Shown here: piece by piece, positions 18,582-20,000 of the stretch | Layout of the letters: each line of letters begins with the position of its first letter | Numbering within the stretch: position 1 is the first letter of the stretch | NCBI GenBank assembly: GCA_030167865.1 | Contig: JALAGF010000236.1 | Span: 61,508-81,507 of the forward strand | Direction of reading: 5' to 3' | Origin: Craspedostauros australis | Taxonomy: Eukaryota | Length of the DNA stretch: 20,000 bases | The notes under the pieces: model-generated | Seen by the model: the letters and a program-made list of their open reading frames with translations, nothing else | Databases searched by the model: none | What the model was told of the DNA's origin: nothing | Made by a program: the position numbers and the translations under genes

Positions 18582-19276
18582 GCTTCGACAAGTGCTCTGT
18601 GGTGAAACTGTTGGTTTTACGATTGGATAGCAGGGTTGCCCGTTGCCATTCCTCTCTTTAGGCGAAGTCCGTCGGAGTCCTTTTTATTACTCGTGCGCTC
18701 GGTGCTTGTTTCATGCAGGACGATCTCTTCACCGACCCTCTCCGGCATCGGCAACCACGAAGACTACCGAGACTCCGCGGGTGGCATGAGAGGAGAGCAA
18801 CGCAGAGGATGAATACTCGTATCGTGGGAAAGTTATTCGGTTGATGCTCTTCGTCCACAGTCGAAGACTCGTGAGAGAGTGGTGCCACTTCGTATCGTCG
18901 TTGGCCCCGTGGACTCCGCTGCGAGTATCCATGTCGTCTGTTCATCTGATTCGTGCAACTGTTGTTGGAGCAACAACGAAGCCAGCGTTTGTTGGCAGTA
19001 TCTTTGTTTTCATCGGCACGCAGTATGGCCATCACACGTCACTTTGCGTTGTGTCTGGGCGAAGATTTCCGAACGTAGTCTATCTTTCAAAGTTAGTTTG
19101 AATTATTTCTACCACCTTGCCCGTATTAGTGCGTATGGTGTTGTGATTGGGAGAGCAACAACACTGCGCGTATTGAGCCGACTGCAATCATCGCAGCTCA
19201 ATCTCCTGATCGCGCAGCCCTCTGCTTCTCGACGTCATGGTGTACGTGTATGACACCGTTCTTGCATTCTGTGGCC

Positions 19277-20000
19277 TCAGGCTGTGTCTGAATGGATCAT
19301 CTCCTTGGAGGTTCGTGCTTGTCCTCCAACCAGCGATTCATCCGAGTTCATGAGGAGATGTTGAGGTCCATGCTCAGCCAATCTTGCTTCGTCTGCGGTT
19401 GCTGCCGTCTTGGTCGCCATCATGACGGCGCAATTTTGATGCAACACTCCGCTGACGTACGACTTCCCCAAAGTCAATTTAGAGAATATGCCGCTATGAC
19501 CAGTGATTGAACACTCATCGACGACGCATCCATCCGCGAAGGTGACGTAGGTCGGCTCGTACAGGCGGAAGCCGAAGTACAGCAAGCGACCTTCAACATT
19601 GACCCCACGAAATCGGAGAACGCTGTTGATCATCGGTGTTCCCCAGAGCATGGGATACAGCGACCAATTGTGGACGGAGTAAGTGAATGATTGGTACACC
19701 ATGTACAGCGGCAAGCACCATGGCGCCGTTCGCTCATTGCTTCCCGCGAATGTGATCAGCGAGTGCACACGCAAGAGTATGGTCCACACGATGGTCTGGA
19801 TGATGACCGAAAGCACCACCAGTGGGACCGCCTCGACTGATGACTGCGGCTTGATGACATTCATCCATAGCTCAAAGGCTGGGATGAAGCTGATTGCTGC
19901 AACGAGCAGCGTGACGGCGTACAGCAGTGTGCTCGCCACCATGATCCCGGTCAATTTCAAATCTGATATTCTTTCGTTGCGCGGATCGGGCTTTGGATGG
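19277..20000 (-). CDS. 3' end (5'-truncated by the window edge) of a protein with a Pls/PosA-type NRPS terminal domain (TM helices plus left-handed beta-helix acyltransferase-like repeat; TIGR02353-like)
   Basis: The frame is open from 19999 (HPKPDPRNERISDLKLTG...) to TGA at 19279-19277. Hydrophobic helices are followed by LWGTPMINSVLRFRGVNVEG...YEPTYVTFADGCVVDECSITGH...LTLGKSYVSGVLHQNCAVM, resembling the L.GTP....lR.lGa.vg...e.dlv.igd...v....q.H pattern of these repeats. Confidence 0.7.
   Translation of the reverse strand, partial: HPKPDPRNERISDLKLTGIMVASTLLYAVTLLVAAISFIPAFELWMNVIKPQSSVEAVPLVVLSVIIQTIVWTILLRVHSLITFAGSNERTAPWCLPLYMVYQSFTYSVHNWSLYPMLWGTPMINSVLRFRGVNVEGRLLYFGFRLYEPTYVTFADGCVVDECSITGHSGIFSKLTLGKSYVSGVLHQNCAVMMATKTAATADEARLAEHGPQHLLMNSDESLVGGQARTSKEMIHSDTA

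Noticed and set aside
18582-19276. Possible intron fusing the NRPS-terminal gene to the HHxxxDG gene
   Set aside because: The upstream gene has a plausible C-terminal tail and stop, the downstream gene has its own ATG and signal anchor, and no convincing splice pair was identified

Overview
Gene-dense eukaryotic nuclear DNA, most likely from a diatom. This is an inference from an ASAFAP-type plastid-targeting motif, diatom-style HSF domains ending in P(N/D)(F/L)Y, mostly intronless genes and one GT-AG intron. Eight protein-coding genes are supported: a MYND-finger protein (-), a membrane-anchored class I SAM methyltransferase (+), a two-exon plastid-targeted tandem-YCII protein (-), a COG0523/ZNG1-type metallochaperone GTPase (+), a type II membrane protein of unknown function (-), a 1326-aa protein with four tandem HSF-type DNA-binding domains (-), a membrane-anchored HHxxxDG acyltransferase/condensation-superfamily enzyme (-), and the 3' end of a Pls/PosA-type NRPS terminal-domain gene running off the right edge (-). 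The two main leads are (1) the A-B-A-B four-HSF-domain factor with rewritten recognition helices and (2) the co-oriented NRPS-terminal-domain and stand-alone HHxxxDG gene pair, a possible small biosynthetic cluster. A CpG-depleted relic island with a perfect double E2F site lies at about 14.7-16.15 kb. No RNA genes or CRISPR arrays were seen. All family calls are by motif recognition; no searches were run.
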